Source: Octopus sinensis
Taxonomy: Eukaryota
DNA: 64,000 bases
Assembly (NCBI RefSeq): GCF_006345805.1
Contig: NC_043005.1
Coordinates: forward strand, 17,112,001-17,176,000
Direction: 5' to 3'
Below the pieces are notes generated by a model. It was not told the origin of the DNA and ran no database searches. It saw nothing but the letters and a program-made list of their open reading frames with translations. The position numbers were made by a program, and so were the translations under genes. Positions 50,491 to 62,580 of this stretch are shown here, one piece after another; positions within the stretch are counted from its first letter, which is position 1, and every line of letters begins with the position of its first letter.

Positions 50491-51622
50491 GTTTCAAGCT
50501 TCATCCATTATCATATCTCTTTTTTTCTTTCTCTCAGACAGTTTATTTGGTGCGGTATTACTTGACACAGTCCTTCCTTCATTTATAAACAGTACGGTTT
50601 GAAAGAGATTTGTTGCATTATCCCTGGTAGGTGAACGCAGCCTACCAGTGGCTGCACAGAGGCTCCCTCGCTGACTTATGCGTATGTATGTCACTGATGT
50701 TGTTACTGTTAATCCCCCAAGTAAGCCCAGATTTAGCAGATCTAAGATCAAAGGCATTCCAGCTGTGACCATCTATTTTTTTTTTCTTTCAGGCATGTGA
50801 ATCTAGAATTACATTATCCAAGGTGTCCTTCCTTTTCCACATTTTTGTGTGTGTGTGTGTGTGTATGATTTGAGGGAGATTTGGTTGCCATTTAAAAAAG
50901 CACTTTATACAAATAGATTTTTTTTATCTATTTAGTCAAAGCTAAAGCTAAAGCTAAAGCTCTGTGTGTGTGTGTGTGTATTTGCATGCACATACACACA
51001 TACATGGCATAGACAGTCATACACATAAATATCCTTCTAGAGTACATCACCTTACACACACACACACACACACGCACAATATGGCTACATTATCTATAAT
51101 ACTTAAATCATATTTCATTCATAACATCCACAACAACAAAGTAAGCAAGCCTTCACTACAGATCTAGGATTACATGCAAAAACAACGATAGCACAGAGAT
51201 AACAAAATCCCAGTTAACCACACCTATAATCTACGCTCTGCTAACATGCTCTGATCAAGATTTTGATAAGGATAAGAGAGCCAGTATTATAGCGGTAACT
51301 AAAAGTATAAATAAATAAATAAATAATTTCTGGAACAATCCAGTGAGTTCTGTTGCTGCCTGAGAAGAAAAAAAAAGTCTGATGTTGTAGAAGGAATGAG
51401 AATAATACGAAAATGATTTTTTTTTCCTTTGACAAGGGTATCATGATAATACGAAGCTAACAAATAAACAGTAAAATCTGAGGAAATTTGGTATGATGTT
51501 TAGCTGTGTTGTTTTGGGGTTAGTCCTGCTGCATGGCACATTAGGTAAGTATCTGCTACTGTAGTCTTCAGTTGATGGTTAAAGCCTTGTGAGTGAAATT
51601 TGGATGATAGAAACTGTGAGAA

Positions 51623-52025
51623 AAGCAGTGAGCTGGCAGAAACGTTAGCACGCCAGGCGAAATGCTTACTGGTATTTCGTCTACATACTGAGTTCAAATT
51701 CCGCCGAGGTCCACTTTCCCTTTCATCCTTTCGGGGTTGATTAAATAAGTACCAGTTACACACTGGGGTCAATATAATCAACTTAATCCTGTTTGTCTGT
51801 CCTTGTTTGTCCCCTAGCCCCTTGTGGGTAGTAAAGAAATAGGTATTTCATCTGCCGCTACATTCTGAGTTCAAATTCTGCCAAGGTCAACTTTGCCTTT
51901 CATCCTTTCGGGGTCAATAAATTAAGTACCAGTTACACACTGGGGTCGATATAACCGACTTAATCTGTTTGTCTGTCTTTGTTTGTCTCCTCTGTGTGTT
52001 GCCCCTTGTGGGCAGTAAAGAAATA
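51623..52025 (+). mobile_element. SINE B plus 5'-truncated tandem second unit, nested in a decayed SINE A head
   Basis: Second unit starts at the internal ggtatttc. Flanks atagaaactgtgagaaa / atagaaaactgtgtgaaa. Confidence 0.8.
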
Positions 52026-52321
52026 GAAAACTGTGTGAAACCCAGCCAGGATAATTGTTTTTTTTCTTCTTCTTTTTTTAGTGATACACTTAATCTGCCA
52101 CTTTGTTTAATGCCACCATCTATTTCAATGGGTATCTTTAGCAGAGATCATTCTGTTGCAAATATCTGAGCCAAGTCTTCATTCATAGTAAAACTTTCTC
52201 CAAGATCCTAAACAATATCACATGAGCCCCATGTCCCCCTTTTGATAAAGTCATTAAAAGAAACCCAAAACAATAACGATGGTTTAACAAACAATTCAAC
52301 AAAGGTTGGGAAGTGTTGCCT

Positions 52322-52710
52322 ATTGTTTAGCCCCAGGTCAGCTTAACTAAGCTGACCAATGGTCAAGTTTATGTTCTACCCAAGACCAAACCAATTTTTT
52401 TGCTCTGCTATAGTATATCTAGAACTACATTACCCAATGTGTTCATCCTGACAAAAGGGTAATGTGATTTGAGGAAGATTTGACTGCTATTTCTTGCAGA
52501 TCAGGTGTCCATGTCGAGGCTCTCATTAGCAAAGATCGGAAAGTGTTGTCAGTTGTTTCGCTCCAGGTCAGCTTAACTCGGCTGATCTACCTAGTATATC
52601 TAGGAATACATTATCGAATGTGTTCACCTTGCAAAAGGGTAATGTGATTTGAGGGAGATTTGACTGCTATTTCTTGCAGGTCGGGTGACCATGTTGAGGC
52701 TCTCGTTAAC
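52322..52710. repeat. Tandem pair of interspersed repeat family I
   Basis: gtgatttgagggagatttgactgctatttcttgcagg core twice; related pieces at about 14800, 18200-18420, 34200 and 50600-50895. Confidence 0.7.
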
Positions 52711-54149
52711 TTCTTGACTGGAAGTGTGTGCTGGTGTGACAAGGGGTTGTAAAAACAGAACAAAAAAAACCCCAAAAAAACAAAAAAAAAGTGGGGGTTA
52801 AAAAAAGCCATTACATACAAATTCTCTTCAAGAACCAGCCTGCTACCCCCTTATCCAAAGAAAATGGACTGAGTTTGCAATAGAGACAAAGGCAACATCC
52901 TGTCCCAGCAGGATGAAAAAATTCCCTCTCCACCAATCAACACCTTAAGGAATTTCTCCACCACACCCAAAACCCTCTCACTACTATTACATCATTCTTC
53001 AGGTCTCTGATTTATTTAAACTATTAGGGATGGACGAGGCCATGCTACAACACCTGTTTTTGTTGTTCTTTTTTTTTTTTGCTATTTTGTCAGGTTTTTT
53101 TTAAATTTTGTTTTAGGGTGGAGGACTGTTTGTTAACTGTTAAAAAATGTTTATAAAGAACTATTTGTATGTTGGGTATTTTTGGTGTTTTACAAGGGCC
53201 ATGGTTGACAAAGAATGACATTCCAGAGGTAGGGAAGGAGGGTTCCATTCTGGAGAAAGAATGGAAAAATTGTGAGGAGGTGGAAGAGGTGGGGGGAGAC
53301 AAAACAAAGTACTTAGTAACGAAGAGAAACTGTCTTTTGTTGCATAAAATACCAATCTGTCACCATAGTAGTGTTGCTGTGCTGTTTGGATCAATTTCCA
53401 CCGGGGGGGGGGGGGGTCATATACACACCCACCCGTGCAAGAAATTGAACATTATCTTTAACCTCCTCCTCTCCCTGGCCCCCCTGCTTCACCACTGCAA
53501 CAGAAAACTAACAAAGATAGCAGAGGAGGGGGGTGATGATGAGGCAGAAGAGGGAAGGAGAGAATGGGATAGAAGATCCCCTTGGAAACTTAAAGAACCA
53601 TACCATTTACAAGAGGTTGAAGTCCAGAGTAGGAAAAGAAGTGGAGGGGTCCCATCTACTCATTATCCCCCACACTATGTTGAATTCTATTACATCAAGC
53701 TATTTCTGTTCACACACACACACACACACACAAAATATCCCAGATAAGACTTCTAATGGAAACATGGGTGGTGGTGAAGGGGGGAGGGAGAAAACACCCC
53801 CCCTCCGCCACCCTGTCCACACCACGGTGAAAGAGAATGTTGTTTAATCTGTCAGCTCCACGTACCACCCTTCCATCCATCAACTTCTTCCACAGCTTTC
53901 CCCCCCCCTCGCACCCCACTCCACGCAGGGCGATCCCCCCTCCTCCTCTTCCAACCCAACCCCGTCCCAACCCCTACCTCTATACCTCATCATGTCGACC
54001 ATTTAATGGTGAACTTGATACATGTGAAGCTGAAACTAGCAGAGAGTTTAGCTAATTGTGCCTAGCCAGGAACAAAAACAGCAAAAAAAAAAGACAAAAA
54101 AAAATTGACACAAAGTTTTAGGCATTTAGAAGTGTGTATGTGTGTGTGA

Positions 54150-54185
<36 letters not shown>

Positions 54186-54832
54186 CCATGTGTGCAACAG
54201 GCTATTTGTATATACTTAGGTGAATGTCTGTATATAATGGGATATTAGTGAAATAGCCTCTATGTTGGGTGTGTGTGTTTATACACAGGCAGAGAGAGAA
54301 AGAGGAAAAGAGAGAGAGAGAGAGAGAAGAAAAGAGAGAGAGAGAGTGATATCTATATATGTATATTTTTTTTTTTTAATTCTTATACAAGAATGTTGTT
54401 GACTGACTTGGTAGTTTCGGCCAGCCAAGCGACCCTTGGACTGCAATGCATTAGAGTTAGTCTTGCTTTCATATGGTCTCTGATGAGTTAAATTAAATCT
54501 AAAAATACGAAAAGCAACAAAAATACTGTCACACCTTGTGTGTGTACTTAACAAAATAGAAATACCTACAGGTTTGTTTACGAAGTTCTAAATGCATGAA
54601 TAAATTTGAAGCAATAATGTGATCCCGAATCTAATCAATTAAAATTTTATCCAAAACACCTTTCCATAACAAGCAACCACAAAAGAGATTGTATAAAGGC
54701 AACACTAGATTTAATGCATCACAGTCTGACAATGGCTTCGCTGGCTGAAACTTTGAAGTCACTGTCAACAATATTCTTGTATACAAATAATAAATTTGTA
54801 CTCTACATAAGTATAGAGTAACCCAGCAAACT

Positions 54833-55009
54833 GGCCTTCTCTTGCATCGCGACCTGGTGGTTACCGCCCGTTGACAAGGGACAAAAATCCCGAAACTAGT
54901 CCGAGCGTATCACTCAGGCTTGCGAGGAAGGAATGGCCTCCCTTTGCAAATACTTCAAGGGCACTGAAATGGTGTCTAAAGCCAGCTGGAGACGACGATC
55001 TCCTGGGGC
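54833..55009 (-). ncRNA. Degenerate HDV-like ribozyme candidate
   Basis: Ordered elements: P1 gccccagg, P2 ggccauu, P3 ccu, L3 UCCUCGC, aag, P1' ccugagu, long P4, gcaag, P2' aaggcc. Several mismatches. Confidence 0.3.
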
Positions 55010-55176
55010 TATAAAGCTACAGTAACAACCCCTCCCCTATGTGGTTAGCCATGTTAAGATGGCTTCTATACTTTACATTATCGAGCGATTACTGTTTCAA
55101 TCTCATTCTGAGATTTAATAATGTGAACTGAATTTGTTTTTATTATAACTTATTATAAAAACATAAATATACACAC

Positions 55177-55219
<43 letters not shown>

Positions 55220-55835
55220 CTAGCAGTATTGCCCGCCTCGACGGGGATTTCAGTGGGGAGTTCAGGGAGTCGTTGGCGATGTATCGTGATGATCAAAAAT
55301 CCAGCCTGCTAAAATTTGGTTAAAGTGATTCAAACTGCAGACTCAATGCAAAATGGTCACATTTAATTCAAAGCGTTAAAAATGTTATGAAAACAATTGG
55401 TATGTGTTCACAAAGTCCAAACAATTAATACGAAAAAACCCTCCAGGCTACATCCCGAAAATTCATTTCTTTGCCGAATTTCTACAATGTTTATGGCGAT
55501 TCGTTTTTATATCTTGATTTTTTATTTTTCATACAATTTACGCATGCTTGCACGCGTGGTGAACACAGTTCACATCAAACAGCTGACTGAGCAAAGTTCA
55601 CTATTCAATGCATGGGATAAGGCCTAAACAAACACGTTATCGATTTTTGCACTTGCGAGATGAATTTCAGAACAGAAATAGCAGAGTTCAATTTTCATTC
55701 GCCTAAACTTTAAGTGACCCATTTTTGGTGGTTCTACGATTTGTTGGCTAGGAGGAGATGTGCCGGGAAGTTAAACACACAGACACACACACAGATACAA
55801 ACACAGATACACAAGTTGAGTTTTATATATATAGA
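55220..55835 (-). mobile_element. Non-autonomous Helitron
   Basis: A|TC at 55835, ...ggcgggcaatactgCTAG|T at 55220; a third internal sequence type. Confidence 0.75.
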
Positions 55836-56307
55836 TATACACACACACACACGCGTGCACAAATACATATTAACATGTATATTCACATGTTTGTTCATTT
55901 AATGTTTTTTTTTTCATAGTAACAAGGATTATATGTATATATATTACTGAAGCCTTATTTTACAGCTGGATGCTCTTTTGTCACTGACCCTTATCCATTT
56001 TTCAAGAAAGTGATTGTGTGTGTGTGTGGTGGGAAGTCAAAATGTATTTGAACATGACCACTTCTTGGATGTAACCATGGATTGCAAAAAGAAAATAAAA
56101 ATGGTCAGCTGTAGCGTTAATGACCAGTTCAAGAATAAGACAAGCTTTATTTATATCACTCTTTTCAGGTCCTTCCTGGTCAACAGGTGAGTGTTGTTAT
56201 TTCGAGGAAGGGCTGCCCAGTCACTTGAGGTGTTGCAGAATCTCTCCATCACAATAGTTTGGAAAACAACTGACCAATGTTCCAAGCCACATATATGTTT
56301 GCAATTA

Positions 56308-56875
56308 TTGGGTTGTCCGGAAAGTTTGTGCCGATTTATCGTAGCTTACCTTTCGACTTATTTTAGAACATGGTTGAGTCCATAAAATAGGATTTGACTA
56401 CACCTCCATTTAGAGCACAGTTTAAGCTATCTTTTCGTGGAAGAAGGTTTATGTCCCTATAACCTGTGTTAATTCTGTAACCCTTTAAAATGGAAGATAA
56501 AAAAAGTTCATTTTCGGCACTTGATGCTTTGGGAACCAGACAAAAATTGCTGCAGCTCGGCTGGGATGTGTTACCCCATCCTCCATATTCACCAGATGTT
56601 GCTCCTTCGGATTTCCACTTATTCAGGTCTCTGCAGAATAGTCTTAATGGTAAAAATTTCAATTCCTTGGATGACGTAAAAAGATACCTTGATGAATTCT
56701 TTGCCATGAAACCACCTCAATTCTGGGAAGAGGGTATTTTCAAAGTAAAGGAAAGATGAAGACGCATTGTGCAACAAAATGGTTCATATTTGGTTGATTA
56801 AAAATGTAATGGCAAGTATTTATTGACCTTTTTCTTTCCTTTAAAAAATCATCACGAACTTTCTGGACAACCCAA
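56308..56875 (+). mobile_element. Internally deleted mariner (DD34D type) with both TIRs
   Basis: TIR ttgggttgtccggaaagtt / aactttctggacaacccaa. N-terminal MEDKKVHFRHL fused to TRQKLLQLGWDVLPHPPYSPDVAPSDFHLFRSLQN. Confidence 0.9.
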
Positions 56876-57985
56876 CACATACTTCCAGCTGGTCAAGCTT
56901 ACTCAGCATTGCTGCAGGACTTTGTGAGAGATCCATAACATGCTTTTCAAGAAGTTCCACGAAGGAAGTTCATTGTAACAAGCAAAGTATGCTTAGAACT
57001 GCACACAATTTTTACCTTGCAGCCCAGCACTGGTTGGGGCAACCAGGAGTGAACAATCCTCAGGTTTTACATCAGAGAATCCTTCTATTACACAGGTATT
57101 GTGACAAAAACAAGGGGCCCGTGACTCTCAGGTGCTCTTACAGTGCATCTGTTCACCACGTGTGTTTCTAATGGATGACCATTAATTCTTGAGGGTTCGG
57201 CTATCCTTTGACATGTCTGGCTTTTCATCCTGCAGGGTATCCAAAATTACATTCCTTACCAAGTTTATGGGGGTTGCCAGTTTAGTAAGTAACCCCCATG
57301 ACAGAAGCACCCAGTACACTCTGAAATGTACATCCGAGGCCAGCATAGAAGATGAATATTTATTAATAATGATGATTTTAGTGAGGAAGGTAAAAATCCA
57401 TAGATCTGTCTGTGTGTACAAATACATATCATCATCATCATCATCATCTTGATTTAATGTCTGTGTTTGGTGTTGGCATAGGCTGAATGGTTTGATAGGA
57501 TCTGATGTGCACAAGGGTTGCATCATGCTCTGATGTTTGTTTTTGTATGGTTTCTACAGCTGGACGGCCTTCCTAACGCCAACCATATTACAGTGTGAAC
57601 TGGGTGCATTTTTTTGTGTGTGTCACTTGCATAATTGAGATCATCCGTCATTCAGCTTGCAAACCTACAAACCCTGGAGGAGAGGCAGGGCAGCTTCATG
57701 CTAGTGGATGAGGGGATTGTATTACAAGAAGTTGGTGGGACGGCACAGGTTCTTGTAGAGGATCAGTATAGCTAGTGACATCTAGTAGCGGAAGCGAGAG
57801 AAAGAAAAAACTGAAGTGTAGGAGCTGCAAGAGATAGATAATGATGATGTGGTGTCAAGGCGGCCTCATAAGACACAACGTGAGTTGATAAATTGGTTTG
57901 CAAATTGATATGAGGATGAGGATATGCACAGGCAGACTGCCAGAATGGTAGGGCTGAATGGTGGGTAAGTAAGAAACTATATATA

Positions 57986-58397
57986 GGCGCAGGAGTGGCT
58001 GTGTGGTAAGTAGCTTGTTTACCAACCACATGGTTCCAGGTTCAGTCCCACTGTGTGGCACCTTGGGCAAGTGTCTTCTACTATAGCCTCGGGCCGACCA
58101 AAGCCTTGTGAGTGGATTTGGTAGACGGAAACTGAAAGAAGCCCGTCGTACATATGTATATATATATATATATATATATATGCATGTGTGTGTTTGTGTG
58201 TCTGTGTTTGTCCCCCTAGCATTGCTTGACGACCGATGCTAGTGTGTTTATGTCCCCGTTACTTAGCAGTTCGGCAAAAGAGACCGATAGAATAAGTACT
58301 GGGCTTACAAAAAGAATAAGTCCCAGGGTTGAGTTGCTCGATTAAAGGTGGTGCTCCAGCATGGCCACGGTCAGATGACTGAAAGAGGTAAAAGAGT
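57986..58397 (+). mobile_element. SINE family A
   Basis: Full head and tail. Confidence 0.9.
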
Positions 58398-58728
58398 ATA
58401 TATATCGCAAGCCACAAATGTTCTGTCCTGGTTTCCATCTTTGTATCGTCCATCTGTCCCATATGTTTTCATTGTCGTCCATTACATTCTTGTTCTGTTT
58501 TTGGAATTTATATATATATATATATATGTAAATGAGTTGCGACATCACTGGTGCCAAGCTCTATCAACCTTTACCTTTCCCTTGGATAACATCGGTGGCA
58601 CGGAGAGGGGAGGCTGGTGGCGACTGCTGGTCTTCCATAAACAAACTTGCCCGGACTTGTGCCTCGGGCGGAAAGACCATTCAAGACCAATGAAAGTATT
58701 TTACTTATATATATATATATATATATAC

Positions 58729-58896
58729 AGGCATAGGAGTGGCTGTGTGGTAAGTAGCTTGCTTACGAACCACATGGTTCTGGGTTCAGTTTCACTGTGT
58801 GGCACCTTGGGCAAGTGTGTCTTTTACTATAATAGCCTTAGGCCGACCAAAGCCTTGTGAGTGGATCTGGAAAACGGAAACTGAAAGGAACCTGTC

Positions 58897-58930
<34 letters not shown>

Positions 58931-59143
58931 GTGTGTGTATGTTTGTGTGTATATGTTTGTCTCCTTACCATCACCTGACAACTGATGTTGGTGTGTTTAT
59001 GTACCCATAACTTAGTGGTTTCGCGAAAGAAACCGATAGAATAAGTACTAGGCTTACAAAGAATAAGTCCTGGGGTCAATTTGCTCAACTGAAAGGTGGT
59101 GCTCCAGCATGGCCACAATCAAATGACTGAAACAAGTAAAAGA
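58729..59143 (+). mobile_element. SINE family A, followed by a short inverted tail fragment (59163-59215)
   Basis: Full head and tail. Confidence 0.85.
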
Positions 59144-59403
59144 ATATATATATATATATATACACTCTTTTAGCACCGCCTTTTAGTCGAGCAAATTGAC
59201 CCCAGGACTTATTCTTCATATATACAGTTTAAATCTTAATTACAAAAGAATTATGAAACTGTTATTCTATGCTAATTTAGTTAATTTTGTCAAGCTCCCT
59301 TTTCAGTTTGTAAGAAAGATAATTAAATGTAATAAAATGTTTTAAAAGAAATTTAAAGTACCAATGTGATAACTGTAAACCTAGTTTTGGGCCACTCTGT
59401 ATA

Positions 59404-59769
59404 TCTCTATATATAAATGGCACAATGTCTGTGTGTGTGTCCTTTATACAAATCCACAATTTTTCAATTAGCGGGCTCGCAATTTCTATGGTCATTCAAA
59501 ACCGTCCAAGGGTGGTCATGCACATCTTTATATTACCCCAGTCGCCCCGCAAAGTCATTAAAAAATCAATAGAAGTGACTTTTTTGTGTATTTTCTATCC
59601 AAAACCCAATCAAAATGCCCGAAACTTGATATACCAATTGAATGCCAGCTAGCTGTATGTGATTGGTCGGAGATTTGGACAGTACTCGCGTGTATGTGCG
59701 CACGCACACATGCAGCTGTATATACATGCACTAGCACTATGACCTGGCTTTGCTGGGTCATAGTGCTAG
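59404..59769 (+). mobile_element. Non-autonomous Helitron, paralogue of 37720-38084
   Basis: A|TC start, terminal hairpin 59730-59770, CTAG|T. Confidence 0.8.
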
Positions 59770-59907
59770 TATATAATTAAACACATACACACATACACAA
59801 AAGAAAAAAAAGAATACATTCAAATACATGTACAAACAAAACAAATATGCATGTATGAATGTACATGGAAATGGGTGTACATGTCAAAAATGTATAACAT
59901 AGTTTTA

Positions 59908-60465
59908 ATAATAATAATAATAATAATAAAACATTGTGTACAGTGCTCAGGTGCACTACAACTCATCTAAAGTGCATATATAATCAGGTGTAGTTTCGAC
60001 GGATTTCGGAAAGCATGAGGGCCTTAACCCTTTAGTGTTTAAACCGGCCAAATCCGGCCCAATATATTCTACATGTTTTATATTCAAACTGGCGATATCT
60101 AGTCTCTCATTCCTAACCTACATTGACATTCTAAAAATAAACAATCACATCATTGAAACCTCAAGAGCTATAAGATAATGCATGACTAATTCAAAACAAT
60201 TTGAGTGAAAAGGTATTACATTTAACAGAGTAATCTGAACACTAAAGGGTTAAAGGATGCAGTGTCATGGCAGTCAACAACTGACGCAGGCAGTTTGTTC
60301 CATGCTTCAGCGACTCTGAGCGTGAAGAAATGTTTCCGAAAGTCATGGGAGCTGTGTTGTTTTCTGACTTTGTAGGCATGTCCACGTGTGTTAGACACAT
60401 GGAGATCAAAAAGGTGTTCAGTGTTGTTGTTGGTGAGGTGGTTGACAACTTTGTGGGCGTTTGTT
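59908..60465 (-). mobile_element. CR1-type LINE 3' end with (TTA)n tail, split by a MITE
   Basis: TRGHAYKVRKQHSSHDFRKHFFTLRVAEAWNKLPASVVDCHDTASF|KALMLSEIRRNYT* after removing the MITE. Confidence 0.9.
60028..60249. mobile_element. Second piggyBac-type MITE family
   Basis: TTAA|ccctttagtgtt ... aacactaaaggg|TTAA, TSD at 60024-60027 and 60250-60253. Confidence 0.9.
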
Positions 60466-61139
60466 AGTACCAATGTAATATCTCCCACATTATACACAAA
60501 TAGAAGTTACATGATTGATAACAACGAAAGAGGAGATCCCTATAACAAACATGTGACAGACATCATTCATGGGATATCCAGTTGTTATAAAATAGTGGAA
60601 GTACATGTATCACATGATGACTACATATGAACATGAAATTGGTAACCATTGGTTAATATCGTATGGAGGCACAGAGAGGATAGTGGTGGTGCCGTAGTTT
60701 CAGAGTATAATCCTTCTGGAAATTCCCCACTCCCTTCCCACCCCACTGCCAATGATTTTTTTTTTCTTTCTGAAACTGCTTAAGAAAAAAAAAAAAAAAA
60801 AAAAAACCAAGTCAACTGGAGCAGTCTTGGAGGCGGGTGGAGATCTGAAGGGTATGGACTCAACCTGTTTTTGCAGACCAATACAATATAAAAGAAAGGA
60901 AACACAATCAAGTAAAAAAAAAAAAAAAAAATAAATAAATAAATAAAACAACAAAAAAACAAAAAGTGAGGTGAGGATACAACCCCAGGTTTTGTGTGCG
61001 AATGTGTGTATATGAAGAAGACACACTGTAGCAGATTATGTGTGTGTATAGATGGATGGATGTGTGAAGTGGGAAGACTGCTACAGATTATGTGAGCATT
61101 TGTTTTGTGTAGACATAAAGTACATACTTCCATAGGAGT

Positions 61140-61510
61140 AAGAGTGGCTGTGTGGTCAGTAGCTTGCTTACGAACCACGTGGTTCCGGTTTCAGTCCCAC
61201 TGCGTGGCACCTTGGGCAAATGTCTTCTACTATAGCCTCCGGCCGACCAAAGCCTGGTGTGTGGACTTGGTAGATGGAAACTGAAAGAAGCCCGTCGTAT
61301 ATATGTGTGCATATATATGTATGTGTGTGTGTTTGTCCCCCCCCACCACCAACATTGCATGACAACTGATGCTGGTGTGTTTACGTCACCGTAACTTAGC
61401 AGTTCGGCAAAAGAGGACGATAAAATAAGTACTAGGCTTACAAAGAACAAGTCCTGCGGTCGATTTGCTCCAGCATGGCCACAGACAAATGACTGAAACA
61501 AGTAAGAGTA
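61140..61510 (+). mobile_element. SINE family A just downstream of the NIDO exon donor
   Basis: Full head and tail. Confidence 0.85.
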
Positions 61511-61743
61511 TATTGTAGGTGTGTGGGTGTGTGAGAGAGAGAGAGAGAGAGACAGAGAGAGGAAGAAAGAGAGAGAAAGAGAAAGTGTGTGTGGTTTATA
61601 TATTGGTAGCACCCGTGTGCATGTATGAGTGTATTATGCTGCAAGTACACTTCCAGTTTCTGTATGTGTGTATGCATGCCTATTTGCATTTGTGTGTGTG
61701 TGCAAGCATGCACATGTAAAAATGGACAAAGGTCAAAACTTAC

Positions 61744-61897
61744 CGTCCATGCAAGGTTCAAACTGAACATCAGTCAGATCAATCCGGAAGAACCATTTAC
61801 CAGGTGTACCAATATTGCTGCTCTGTGAGATATTGAGGGCAGATCGAGTTCCTTCGATTTGGTAATGGGCAGCACCGTTTCCTGCATCAAGTCCAGC
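61744..61897 (-). CDS. Internal exon encoding the C-terminal part of a NIDO domain (Mesh/SUSD2-like/MUC4-like extracellular protein)
   Basis: Acceptor ttaattcttccag, donor GACG|gtaagt. 154 nt, phase 0 to 1, encoding AGLDAGNGAAHYQIEGTRSALNISQSSNIGTPGKWFFRIDLTDVQFEPCMD, which matches the NIDO end motif AG(F/L)xAGxG...SNxxxPGxWxFR(I/V)D. Confidence 0.9.
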
Positions 61898-62179
61898 CTG
61901 GAAGAATTAAGAAGACTTCTATTAAGACATTTTCTCCACTTGGTGTTGCAATATTGATTTTCTCAGAAACCGATAGTTTCTGTAGAATGCAAGCAAAATC
62001 TGGTATACATAAGTGCGTGAGTGTGTGTGTGTATTACAGTTAAGTAACCCTACCATTAATACCATTCCATGGTTTCAAATCATTTTCAATGTAGAAGTGT
62101 GTTAATCCAAGTGGCTATGGCCAGGTACAGATATGTGTGCATCTGGGTGTATATACATAAGAAAAACAAATCTTTATAC

Positions 62180-62580
62180 AGAACTTTCCGGTTTGAACAG
62201 CAGTTTTTAACATAATTTTTTCAGGTAACTAAAAAATTTGAAACTTCGTATACTGGTAGAATGTGTTTATAAAACATCTTTTTCTCTTGGCTTTATTGAG
62301 AAAATTCTATAGTTTGTAAGATATTTGTTGTTTTTTTTCTTCAATTTCTGCAATTTCAACCAATCAGTGACGTCTATTGAGTTAAAAAGCTTTCTGTGCC
62401 ATATGAATATGTTCCTCGTTTAAGAAACAGATTGGGTTTATTTACATTTGTGAAGAAAAAAAAGATACCCTTCCCCCAAAAGAGATTGAAATGCAATAGA
62501 TCCATTCTAGGGTCATAATTATGGGTGACATTTTCATATGACACTGCTAGAAAAAACTACCGTTCAAACCGAAAAGATCC
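62180..62580 (-). mobile_element. Second copy of the 8541-8954 MITE, opposite orientation
   Basis: 8 bp TSD ctttatac at 62172-62179 and 62581-62588; left TIR partly decayed. Confidence 0.85.

Noticed and set aside
53169-53747. 192 aa plus-strand ORF
   Set aside because: Low-complexity purine runs and microsatellite, no domain or splice support.
56169-56186. 18 nt plus-strand microexon candidate (cttttcag|...|gtgagt)
   Set aside because: Antisense to the supported gene and embedded in sequence that may be a decayed LINE.
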